A DNA stretch of 64,000 nt, from contig JALOTZ010000003.1 in assembly GCA_025457615.1 (NCBI GenBank), forward strand, positions 17,614-81,613, in the 5' to 3' direction. The notes under the pieces were generated by a model. It had not been told where the DNA came from and searched no databases. It saw nothing but the letters and a program-made list of their open reading frames with translations. This DNA comes from Verrucomicrobiota bacterium. Its GTDB lineage: Bacteria > Verrucomicrobiota > Verrucomicrobiia > Limisphaerales > DSYF01. Positions 1 through 8,896 of this stretch are shown here, piece by piece. How positions within the stretch are numbered: position 1 is the stretch's first letter; each line of letters opens with the position of its first letter. The translations under genes and the position numbers were made by a program.

Positions 1-3000
1 CCTCGGGGATCCGTTTCGAACTCAACACCAACGGCTCCATCCGGCGGATGGATCACGACGACATCCTGCTGAACCTGTTCCTCGGAAACGAAATGGATGG
101 CGGACCGGTGAACCTCCACCTGCGGCGCCTCGGCACCCGGGTCGAGTCCATCCCGCTGCTCGGGCCGGCCAGTCCGGCTTCGTATCAAGCCGATGACCGG
201 GGTCTGTGGGCCGGGGGCCGCTGGGGCGACATCGCTTTCCGTCTGCGCCTGGTGCTGGCGGATTCGGCGGCCGCGTGGTTCTGGCATGTGGAACTGGAGA
301 ACACCGGTTCCGCCGAGATCCACTGTGATTTGATTCACACGCAGGACCTCGGCCTGGCGCATTACGGCGCGATCCGGCTCAACGAATTCTATGTGAGCCA
401 GTATGTGGATCACACCCCGCTGAATCATCCGCAGCGCGGCTGGGCAGTGGCGTCGCGGCAGAATCAGGGCATGGGCGGACGCCACCCGTGGACGGTGATC
501 GGCGCGCTGGGGCGCGGGGTGGGGTATGCCACCGACGCCCTCCAGTTTCATGGCCTGGCGACGCGCGCCGGTGAACGGCCGGCCAGCCTCACCGCGGGGC
601 TGCCCGGCACGCGGCTGCAGCACGAACATTCGATGGCGGCCATTCAGGACGCGCCCATCACGCTGCCGCCCGGCGGGAAGGGGCGCAGCGGGTTTTTCGG
701 GTGGCTGGTCGCGGATCACCCGGCGGCGACGGTTCCGGAGGACGCCAGGCAGATTGATGCCGCGCTGGCCTTGCCGGAGGCGGTTGCGCCGGCCTGGCCG
801 GCTGCGATGGAAGGCTCTTCGCCAGCCGCGAGCCTGTTCGGGCGCTCGCCGTTGTTGAAATCGCTGCCCCTCGAGGAGGCCGAACTCACGACCCATTTCG
901 GCGGCCACCGTCGTCACGTGGAGCGCCAGGGCGCCGAGATCCTCTCGTTCTTCCGCCGTGAGCGGAGCCATGTGGTGCTCCAGGCAAAGGAACTTCAGGT
1001 TCTGCGGCCGCACGGGCACTTGCTGCGCTCCGGCGGAGGGCTGACGCCGGATGAATCCGCGCTCACATCCACCGCGTGGATGGGGGGCGTGTTCCATTCG
1101 ATGATCACGCAGGGGCATGTGAGCATCAACCGCTTCCTCTCCACCTGTCACACCTATCTCGGACTGTTTCGCAGCCATGGCCAGCGCGTGTTTGTCGAAC
1201 TCGACGGCCAATGGCATCTGCTGGATGTGCCGTCGGCCTTTGAAATGTCGCCGGATCAATGCCGCTGGATTTACAAACACCGGGCCGGCGTGCTCGAGGT
1301 GACGTCCGCCGCGCCCGAGGACCGACATGAACTCCGGCTGTTGCTTGCGGTGCGGGAAGGCCCGCCGGTGAGATTCCTGATTTCGCATCATGTCGCCCTC
1401 AACGGCGACGATGGCGGCGACGCGGTCCCGGCGCGGTGGGAACGGAAGGGGGATGAACTGTTTGTGCGAGCCGTTCCCGATGGCGATGTGGGACGCCGCT
1501 TTCCTGAAGGCGGGTTCCTCATCCGCCCGCTGGGTGAAACCCGAGCCGAGGCCGTGGGCGGTGATGAGTGGCTGTTTGCCGACGGGGTTTCCCGGAACCA
1601 GCCCTTTCTCTGCCTGGTCACCGCGCCGGCGCGCACCGCCGGGCTGGTGATCGAGGGTCGCCTGGTGGCTTCCGCCCCACCAACGAAAGGGCTTTGGGAA
1701 TCCCTGGGGAGCGGGCCGCATCTCGAAACCCCGCCAGCCAGTCCGTTGGCGGAGGCCGCCCATCGCACCGCGGAAATCCTGCCGTGGTTCATCCACAATG
1801 CGCTGGTGCATTACCTGTCGCCGCGCGGCCTGGAGCAATACTCCGGCGGCGGCTGGGGCACGCGCGACGTCTGCCAGGGTCCGGTGGAACTGCTGCTGGC
1901 GCTGGGGCGCTTTGAGCCGATCCGCGATCTGTTGTGCCGCGTCTTCCGGCAGCAGAATGCCGGGGGCGACTGGCCGCAATGGTTCATGTTCTTCGAACGC
2001 GAGCGCCACATCCGGCCGGGGGATTCGCACGGGGACATCGTCTATTGGCCGGTTCTGGCCCTGGCCCAATACCTCTCGGCCACCGGCGACGCGGGGTTTC
2101 TGGACGAAACCCTGCCGTTCTTCCACGCCCAGGGCGAGGCGGTGGCGGAAAAGGCCACCCTGTGGCAGCACGTTGAACGTGCGCTGGACCTGATCCGCCG
2201 GCGGGTCATCACGGGAACCCACCTGGCGGCCTACGGCCACGGGGATTGGAACGATTCCCTGCAACCGGCCCGGCCCGACATGCGCGAGCGGCTGTGCAGT
2301 TCGTGGACGGTCACCCTCAGTTACCAGACGCTGGTCGCACTGGCTGGCGCGCTTCGAGGTCTTGGACGGTCGGAACGCGCCGGACAGTTGCAGGCCGATG
2401 CGGCCGTCATTCTGGAGGAATTCCACCGCCTCCTGGTTGTCGATGAGGTCATTGCCGGCCTGGCCTATTTCCACGAAGGTGGGAAGACCGATTGGCTGCT
2501 GCATCCGCGCGACAGCATCACGGGCTTGTCTTACAGCGCGCTGCCGATGATCCACGCGATCCTCAACGACATGCTCAGCCCGCCACAAGCGCGGGCGCAC
2601 CTCGACCTGATCCGGGAACATCTCTTGGGGCCGGACGGCGCGCGGTTGTTCGACCGGCCCATGGCCTATCATGGCGGGGTCCAGAACCACTTCCAGCGGG
2701 CGGAGAGCGCCAGCTTCTTCGGGCGGGAAATCGGTCTCCTGTACACCCACGCCCATCTGCGCTACTGCGAGGCGCTGGCGCGGTTTGGCGATGCGGATGG
2801 ATTCTTCCGCGCGCTCTGCCAGGCCAACCCGATTGCCATTGGTGAACTCGTGCCGTCGGCCACCCGGCGCCAAGCCAACTGCTATTTTTCCAGTTCGGAC
2901 GCGGCCTTTGCCGACCGCTACGCGGCCGCTGCGGACTACGACCAGGTGAAGCGCGGCGCGGTGGCGCTCGAAGGTGGCTGGCGGGTCTATTCCAGCGGCG

Positions 3001-3320
3001 CGGGCATCGGCGTGCGGCTGATCCTGCAAGGCTTCCTCGGCTTGCGCCAGGAAAAGGCCTCGCTGGTGGTGGATCCGGTGATTCCGGCGGCTCTGGACGG
3101 CCTGAAGGTGAACACCCACCTCGCCGGGCGTCCGGTTGAAGTGACCTATCGCATCCACCGCCAGGGCCGCGGCCCGGTGACGGTGAAGCTGAAGGGTGTG
3201 CAGCTCCATTTCATCCGCGAGACCAATCCTTATCGATCCGGTGGCGCCCGCATCTCGATGGCTGACCTCGTCGCGGGGCTCACGGGCGAGGATGACCGGC
3301 TCGAGGTCTGGCTGGAGTAA
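1..3320 (+). CDS. GH94-like glycoside phosphorylase / glycosyl hydrolase 36 superfamily protein (5' end outside window)
   Basis: The frame is open from nt 3, with no stop before the ATG at 48, giving more than 1090 aa. Motifs GGGWGTRDVCQG and HGDWNDSLQP resemble the catalytic barrel of cellobiose/chitobiose-phosphorylase-type enzymes. The family call is from memory, not searched. Confidence 0.6.
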   Translation, partial: SGIRFELNTNGSIRRMDHDDILLNLFLGNEMDGGPVNLHLRRLGTRVESIPLLGPASPASYQADDRGLWAGGRWGDIAFRLRLVLADSAAAWFWHVELENTGSAEIHCDLIHTQDLGLAHYGAIRLNEFYVSQYVDHTPLNHPQRGWAVASRQNQGMGGRHPWTVIGALGRGVGYATDALQFHGLATRAGERPASLTAGLPGTRLQHEHSMAAIQDAPITLPPGGKGRSGFFGWLVADHPAATVPEDARQIDAALALPEAVAPAWPAAMEGSSPAASLFGRSPLLKSLPLEEAELTTHFGGHRRHVERQGAEILSFFRRERSHVVLQAKELQVLRPHGHLLRSGGGLTPDESALTSTAWMGGVFHSMITQGHVSINRFLSTCHTYLGLFRSHGQRVFVELDGQWHLLDVPSAFEMSPDQCRWIYKHRAGVLEVTSAAPEDRHELRLLLAVREGPPVRFLISHHVALNGDDGGDAVPARWERKGDELFVRAVPDGDVGRRFPEGGFLIRPLGETRAEAVGGDEWLFADGVSRNQPFLCLVTAPARTAGLVIEGRLVASAPPTKGLWESLGSGPHLETPPASPLAEAAHRTAEILPWFIHNALVHYLSPRGLEQYSGGGWGTRDVCQGPVELLLALGRFEPIRDLLCRVFRQQNAGGDWPQWFMFFERERHIRPGDSHGDIVYWPVLALAQYLSATGDAGFLDETLPFFHAQGEAVAEKATLWQHVERALDLIRRRVITGTHLAAYGHGDWNDSLQPARPDMRERLCSSWTVTLSYQTLVALAGALRGLGRSERAGQLQADAAVILEEFHRLLVVDEVIAGLAYFHEGGKTDWLLHPRDSITGLSYSALPMIHAILNDMLSPPQARAHLDLIREHLLGPDGARLFDRPMAYHGGVQNHFQRAESASFFGREIGLLYTHAHLRYCEALARFGDADGFFRALCQANPIAIGELVPSATRRQANCYFSSSDAAFADRYAAAADYDQVKRGAVALEGGWRVYSSGAGIGVRLILQGFLGLRQEKASLVVDPVIPAALDGLKVNTHLAGRPVEVTYRIHRQGRGPVTVKLKGVQLHFIRETNPYRSGGARISMADLVAGLTGEDDRLEVWLE

Positions 3321-3519
3321 GCCCGGTCCAGACCGGGGCAGGTCTGTCCCCTTCCAGGATGCATCGTCATGGAGTTCCCGCGCGACGCTGGACAGCGATG
3401 GCCGCTGGGCGAATGAAAGGACGGCATGACACCCGTGGGGGTGGCGCAATTCGGCGGTCGAGTCCTCCCCAAATTAGCATTGTTTCCAGAGGGTCCCGCG
3501 GCCATCCTGTCCAACCCTT

Positions 3520-4839
3520 ATGCAGATCTTCAATCTCGGCATGATCGGTGGCGGAACGGTGGGCAGCGGCGTGGTTCACGCGCTCCAGGTTAACGGCGAT
3601 CTCCTGGCCTCGCGCATCGGCGTGAAGGTCCAAGTGCGCCGGGTGGCCGTGAAAGCCTTGGACGAACCCCGCCCCTACGAAATCCCCGCCCCCCTGCTCT
3701 CCACGGACTGGAAATCCGTGGTCAACGATCCCGAGGTGCACCTGGTCACCGAGCTGGTCGGCGGAACCGGGCTGGCGAAGGAGATCATCCTCACCGCGCT
3801 CAAGCTGGGCAAACCCGTGGTGACAGCCAACAAGGCGCTGTTGTCCGCCCACGGCGAGGAACTCTTTGCCGCCGCGCAGCAACACCACGCCACGCTGTAT
3901 TACGAGGCCAGCGTCTGCGGTGGAATTCCCATCATCAAGGCGCTGCGCGAGGGCTTGGTGGGCAACCAGATCCATCGCATCTACGGCATCCTCAACGGCA
4001 CCTGCAATTACATCCTCACCCGCATGAAGCGCGAGGGGGGCGAATTCGAAGCGGTGTTGCAGGATGCGCAGAAGCTGGGTTACGCCGAGACCCCCCCGGA
4101 CCTCGACATTGACGGCATCGACGCCGAGCACAAGGCGGGCATCCTGGGTTCGCTGGCCCACGGATTTTGGATCAACCCCAGCGAGATCCACGTGGAAGGC
4201 ATTCGCACGATCACCCCGCTCGACATCCGGTTCGCCGAACAACTGGGCTACGCCATCAAGCTGCTGGGCATCATCAAACGGAGCGCCACAGCCACCACCG
4301 CCGGGGCGCCGCGCATCGAGGTTTCCGTCGGCCCCACCCTGATTCCCAAGTCCCATCCGCTGGCCAGCGTCGAGGATGTGTTCAACGCGGTGTTTGTGAA
4401 CGGCGATATCGTGGGCGACACCTTGTTCTACGGGCGGGGCGCCGGGAAGGACGCCACGGCCAGCGCGGTCCTGAGCGACCTGGCCGATGCGGCGCTGGAC
4501 CTCAAGATGGGCACCAAGCATCGGCTGCCCCCGTTTGCGCCCCACGCCTTGAAGGGCGCGGTGATTCCGCACCCGGAGGTTTGTTCGGGCCATTACGTCC
4601 GGCTGAGCGTGGCAGACCGGCCCGGCACGCTGGCGGGCATCGCGACGATCTTCGGCGAGTTGAACATCGGGATAAGCTCGGTCATCCAGCCCGAGGGGCA
4701 CGAAGGCTCGAGCGTGCCGCTGATCTTCATGCTGCATGATTCCCCGCACGGCGCGGTGCAACGGGCGCTGGATCGCATTGCGAAGCTGGCGTCTGTCAAG
4801 GCGCCGCCAGTGCGCATGCGGGTGGAGAGCCTGGAATGA
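3520..4839 (+). CDS. hom: homoserine dehydrogenase
   Basis: 439 aa. It has the N-terminal Rossmann motif LGMIGGGTVGSGV, a conserved catalytic core (NGTCNYILT, AETPPDLDIDGIDAEHK) and a C-terminal ACT-like domain. Its stop overlaps the thrC start (ATGA). Confidence 0.95.
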   Translation: MQIFNLGMIGGGTVGSGVVHALQVNGDLLASRIGVKVQVRRVAVKALDEPRPYEIPAPLLSTDWKSVVNDPEVHLVTELVGGTGLAKEIILTALKLGKPVVTANKALLSAHGEELFAAAQQHHATLYYEASVCGGIPIIKALREGLVGNQIHRIYGILNGTCNYILTRMKREGGEFEAVLQDAQKLGYAETPPDLDIDGIDAEHKAGILGSLAHGFWINPSEIHVEGIRTITPLDIRFAEQLGYAIKLLGIIKRSATATTAGAPRIEVSVGPTLIPKSHPLASVEDVFNAVFVNGDIVGDTLFYGRGAGKDATASAVLSDLADAALDLKMGTKHRLPPFAPHALKGAVIPHPEVCSGHYVRLSVADRPGTLAGIATIFGELNIGISSVIQPEGHEGSSVPLIFMLHDSPHGAVQRALDRIAKLASVKAPPVRMRVESLE

Positions 4840-6191
4840 CCCCCGTCCTCTTCCATTCCACCAACCGCCAATCCCCCCCGGTCAACCTGCGTGAAGCGCT
4901 GCTGGAGGGGCAGGCCCCGGACCTGGGCCTGTATTTCCCCCAGGCGTTTCCCCGCCTGACACCGGACGAGATCGCGGCGTTCCAGAAGCTGGCCTACCCG
5001 GAGATCGCCACCCGGGTGCTGACCCCTTACCTGGACGGCATCCTCAGCGAAGAGGTGCTGTCGGGGCTTTGTCGCGACGCCTACACCTTCGACGTGCCGA
5101 TCGAGAAGGCCTACGACCGCGTGTATCTGATGCGGCTGGACCGCGGACCGACGGCGTCGTTCAAGGACTTTGCCGCCCAGATGATGGCGCGCCTGATCGG
5201 CCGGTTCATCCAGGAGGACGGAAGGCAACTGACGATCCTGACGGCCACCAGCGGCGACACGGGGTCGGCGGTGGCCCATGCATTTCACAATCTGCCCGGC
5301 ATCCGCGTCGTCGTGCTGTTTCCCGAGGCGGAGATCAGCCTGCGCCAGCGCAAGCTGATGACGGTGCTCACCGGCAACGTGACCTCGGTGGCCATCGACG
5401 GAAAGTTCGACGACTGCCAGGCGATGGTGAAGCGCGCCTTTGCCGATCCTGACCTCGATCACATCCCGCTGTCGTCGGCCAACTCGATCAACATCGGTCG
5501 CCTGCTGCCGCAGAGCGTGTATTACTTCTACGCCGCCTCGCGCCTGGCCCAGCCGGGCGAGTCGATCGTGTTCTCCATCCCCAGCGGCAACTTTGGCGAC
5601 ATGATGGGCGCGGTGGTGGCCCGCGAGATGGGGTTGCCGGTGAAGAAGATCATCGCCTCGGTCAACGACAACGACGAATTCCCCCGTTTCCTGGCCACCG
5701 GGGTTTACCAGAAGGTTGTCCCCTCCCGGAACTCGATCTCCAACGCCATGAACGTCGGGCATCCCAGCAACCTGGCGCGGTTGGTGGCCCTGTATGGTGG
5801 GCACATGGATGAAGCCGGGCGGATCCACGCGCCGCCCGATCTGCGAGCCATGCGCCGGGATCTATTTTCCAGTTCCGTATCCGATGAACGCACCCGCCTG
5901 GCGTTCCTGGAATTCTGGGAGAAGTATCAGTTGCTGCTCGAGCCGCACGGTGCCGTGGCCTGGCAGGGATTCAAGGACTGGCTGGAGACCGAATCCCTCG
6001 CAGGCCGGCCCGCGGTGTTGATCGAGACGGCGGACCCGGCCAAGTTTCCGGAATTGATCGAACAGGCGTTCGGTTGGTCGCCAGATGCGCCCCCGGCCAT
6101 GTCGGCCATGGACACGATGCCTGAACGTTACGACCGGATGGGAACGGACTACGAAGCCTTCAAACGCTTCCTGCTCGCCCACCACGCCTGA
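4836..6191 (+). CDS. thrC: threonine synthase
   Basis: 451 aa. It has PLP-enzyme motifs (PTASFKD lysine site, TATSGDTGSAVAHAF) and is translationally coupled to hom. Confidence 0.95.
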   Translation: MTPVLFHSTNRQSPPVNLREALLEGQAPDLGLYFPQAFPRLTPDEIAAFQKLAYPEIATRVLTPYLDGILSEEVLSGLCRDAYTFDVPIEKAYDRVYLMRLDRGPTASFKDFAAQMMARLIGRFIQEDGRQLTILTATSGDTGSAVAHAFHNLPGIRVVVLFPEAEISLRQRKLMTVLTGNVTSVAIDGKFDDCQAMVKRAFADPDLDHIPLSSANSINIGRLLPQSVYYFYAASRLAQPGESIVFSIPSGNFGDMMGAVVAREMGLPVKKIIASVNDNDEFPRFLATGVYQKVVPSRNSISNAMNVGHPSNLARLVALYGGHMDEAGRIHAPPDLRAMRRDLFSSSVSDERTRLAFLEFWEKYQLLLEPHGAVAWQGFKDWLETESLAGRPAVLIETADPAKFPELIEQAFGWSPDAPPAMSAMDTMPERYDRMGTDYEAFKRFLLAHHA

Positions 6192-6252
6192 GATCCAGGA
6201 AGATCGTCCCTGGACTGTTGCGGAATGACCTGACGCGTCCGGTAGAAGTTCG

Positions 6253-6280
6253 CCGGCACCGACTGACGTGGGGCGGCTAC
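6253..6280. repeat. short REP-like motif (family D, core GACTGACGTnnGCGGCTAC)
   Basis: The sequence ccggcaccgactgacgtggggcggctac lies in the convergent thrC/MFS gap. Related copies are at 15203-15256, 16136-16159 and 32282-32305. Confidence 0.5.
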
Positions 6281-6354
6281 GGTGCAGGGGTTCACGGGCG
6301 ATCTGGGACACGTTCCCAGACCGCATAATCGCTTCCTTATCGTTGACGAACTGG

Positions 6355-7890
6355 TCAGTGCGAACCGGCCACAGGTTGCTCATCAGAGTCCTTTTCGCTC
6401 TTGGAATCCTTCACGAACATCATCAAGGCGGCGGAAAGGATCATCGACACCCCCCCCAGCACGATGGCGTAGATGGCCTGGCCGTGAAACACGGTCCGCA
6501 CCAGGAGACCCAGGATGGCGGAGGCCAGAATCTGGGGGATGACCACGAACAGATTGAACATGCCCATGTAAACGCCCATTTTCCGGTGCGGCACCGCGCT
6601 GCTCAAGATGGCATACGGCATGGTCAGCAAGCTGGCCCAGGCCACACCCGAGGCAATCATCGAGATGAGCAACAGCTTGGGTTCCTTGAAGAGCACCATC
6701 GAAATCAAACTGAGGCCGCCGATGAACAGGCAGACGACATGCGTGGACACCCGGCCGATCTTCCGCGCCAGCACCGGCAGCAGGAACGCCACCACTGCCG
6801 CGGTCGCGTTCCACACCGCCCAGAGCACGCCCACGTAATTGGCGCCCTGGTTGTAAAGCTCGGATTGCACATCCGTGGTGCCGAAGTGGAAGCTGGTCAC
6901 GGCGGAGGTGGTATAGATGAACATGGCGAACAGGGCGAACCAGGTGAACAACGTCACCAAGGCCAGTTGTTTCATCGTCTTGGGCATGTTCTGAAGGTCG
7001 TAAATGATCTCGACCATGCCGCCGATCTTGCCGGCCGAATACCGCAGGGCGGCCGCGATCTGCAGCGCGCCGTAAAAGGCGATGCCGAAGGACAGGATGT
7101 AAAGCCCCTGATACCAGGCCAGACTCCTGACCAGATAGGTGAGCACCACGCCGACCGCCACCAGCACCCCGCCCTCGAGGTAATAGGTTCTGGGGATCAG
7201 CTTGATTTCCGAGCCTTCCTTGGCGGCGGCATCCGTTTCATGCACATTGAATTCTTCCTGCTCCTCGGGTGAATACTCCCGCACGGAAAAGATGGTCCAC
7301 AGAACCGCCGCGAGGAACACCACGCCGCCGATGTAGAAGGACCACTTGACCGAGGGCGGGATCTGGCCCTCGGGCGCGGTGTTGGCAATGTTGAACCACT
7401 CGGTGAAGATGTAGGGCAGCAGCGAGGCGATGACGGAACTGGCCCCGATGAAAAACGTTTGCACCGCAAAGCCCTGGGTCCTTTGTTCATCCGGCAACAT
7501 GTCGCCGATGAACGCCCGGAAGGGTTGCATCGTGATGTTGATCGATCCGTCCATCAACCACAGCGTCCCCGCCGCCACCCACAGGGCGGGCGAGTTGGGC
7601 ATGATCAGCAAGGCCAGGGAGGACAGGATGGCCCCCACCAGAAAGTAGGGCTTCCGGCGGCCCAGCCGGTTCCAGGTCTTGTCGCTCATGTGGCCGATGA
7701 TCGGCTGGACGATCAATCCGGACACCGGCGCGGCGATCCAGAGGATGGGGATATCCTCGACCTTGGCACCGAGCGTTTCAAAGATCCGGCTGACGTTGGC
7801 GTTCTGGAGGGCGAAACCGAACTGGATGCCCACGTAGCCGAAGCTCATGTTCCAGAGCTGCCAGAAACTCAATTGGGGTTTTGTTCTCAT
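6355..7890 (-). CDS. MFS sugar:cation symporter (GPH/SLC45-like)
   Basis: 511 aa with about 12 predicted hydrophobic helices. The RLGRRKPYF loop motif after TM2 is typical of sucrose/maltose-type GPH/SLC45 carriers. Confidence 0.85.
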   Translation of the reverse strand: MRTKPQLSFWQLWNMSFGYVGIQFGFALQNANVSRIFETLGAKVEDIPILWIAAPVSGLIVQPIIGHMSDKTWNRLGRRKPYFLVGAILSSLALLIMPNSPALWVAAGTLWLMDGSINITMQPFRAFIGDMLPDEQRTQGFAVQTFFIGASSVIASLLPYIFTEWFNIANTAPEGQIPPSVKWSFYIGGVVFLAAVLWTIFSVREYSPEEQEEFNVHETDAAAKEGSEIKLIPRTYYLEGGVLVAVGVVLTYLVRSLAWYQGLYILSFGIAFYGALQIAAALRYSAGKIGGMVEIIYDLQNMPKTMKQLALVTLFTWFALFAMFIYTTSAVTSFHFGTTDVQSELYNQGANYVGVLWAVWNATAAVVAFLLPVLARKIGRVSTHVVCLFIGGLSLISMVLFKEPKLLLISMIASGVAWASLLTMPYAILSSAVPHRKMGVYMGMFNLFVVIPQILASAILGLLVRTVFHGQAIYAIVLGGVSMILSAALMMFVKDSKSEKDSDEQPVAGSH

Positions 7891-7908
7891 GGATGTGTTG
7901 TTTGCGGG

Positions 7909-8710
7909 TTAGTCGGCCAACGGCTTGGATTCCTTCCGCGTTGCGGCGACCCACTGGTCCAGCGTTTCCACCGTGACTTCTGAGAGATCCGTGACTACGC
8001 AGTCGGCGCCGTTGGCTTTCAGTTCGTGCGCATTATTCTCCCGGGCGACGCCGACAACCAAGCCAAAATTTCCCTTGGCCCAGCCTCCACTCCCGAAACC
8101 GCGTCCTCGACCACGATGGCCCGGGCATACTGGACCCCGAGATGATCGGTGGCCGTGGTGAAAATGTCGGGCTCGGGTTAGCCCTTAAGTTCGAGCGCCG
8201 CGGACACCACGCCGTCCCCAGGCGTTTCGAACAGATGGGTGATGCCGGCCCGTTGCAGGATGGGCAGGCAGTTCTGGCTCGAATTCGCCACCCCCAGCTT
8301 CACTCCACGCGCCAGCAGGTGCTTCAAGTGAACTGTGGATTCAAAGGTGCCGACCCCGTCTTCTTCCAGAACCTGATTGAACAACTCGTTCTTTCGATTC
8401 CCCAACCCGCACACCGTCTCCTTTCGTGGATCAGCCATCGTCCGGATCCCCGAATGGTAATCTCGATCCCCCGGGACTCGATAAGCGCTTCCACCCCCTT
8501 GTAGCGGGGACGACCGTCCACGCACGACAAGTAGTCCCACGCATGCGTGGAGTCGTGAAAGGGTTCGTGGCACTGGCGCTCGCGACGCCGAAGGTACTCA
8601 TCGAACATCCGTTTCCACGCCAAGGAGTGGACGGCGGCGGTCTTCGTGATTACGCCGTCCATGTCAAAAATGACGGCGTCAAAGTTCTGCGCAGCCTGAG
8701 GAATCGGCAT
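7909..8710 (-). pseudogene. beta-phosphoglucomutase-family HAD hydrolase, disrupted (three frameshifts plus one in-frame stop)
   Basis: The HAD motif DAVIFDMDGVITKTA starts at the ATG at 8710. The homologous reading then jumps frame near 8460 (GIEI to LPFGDPDD) and again near 8435 (to ADPRKETVCGLGNRKNELF). It hits TAA at 8178-8180 inside the KG-K-PEPDIF motif, and needs another 1-nt shift near 8080 (VEAG to AKGNFGLVVGVAR) to reach the stop at 7909. Confidence 0.8.
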
Positions 8711-8896
8711 GGAGCGGTTCTTCTGTGGATCAGGGCAATCCGTTTCGTATCCCACCGACAGGGGCATTCCGGGGGTGAATGAATTGCGCACGAGGTCCAA
8801 CCGGCCTGGCTGGATTCTTACCCGAACCGCAAGCAACGAGCCCCCCGGGGCGTAGTCGCATAGAATGGGGACAACGGCCAGTCCCGGCCCGGCCCC

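Noticed and set aside
3444-3456. A 13-mer, gcgcaattcggcg, preceded by a G-run. It is shared between the hom upstream region and the lptF/G upstream region (44104-44116), at similar distances (62-64 nt) from the ATG.
   Set aside because: Dozens of chance 13-mer matches are expected in 64 kb of biased-composition DNA. The flanking sequence is not alignable, and no convincing -10/-35 arrangement is attached to it.
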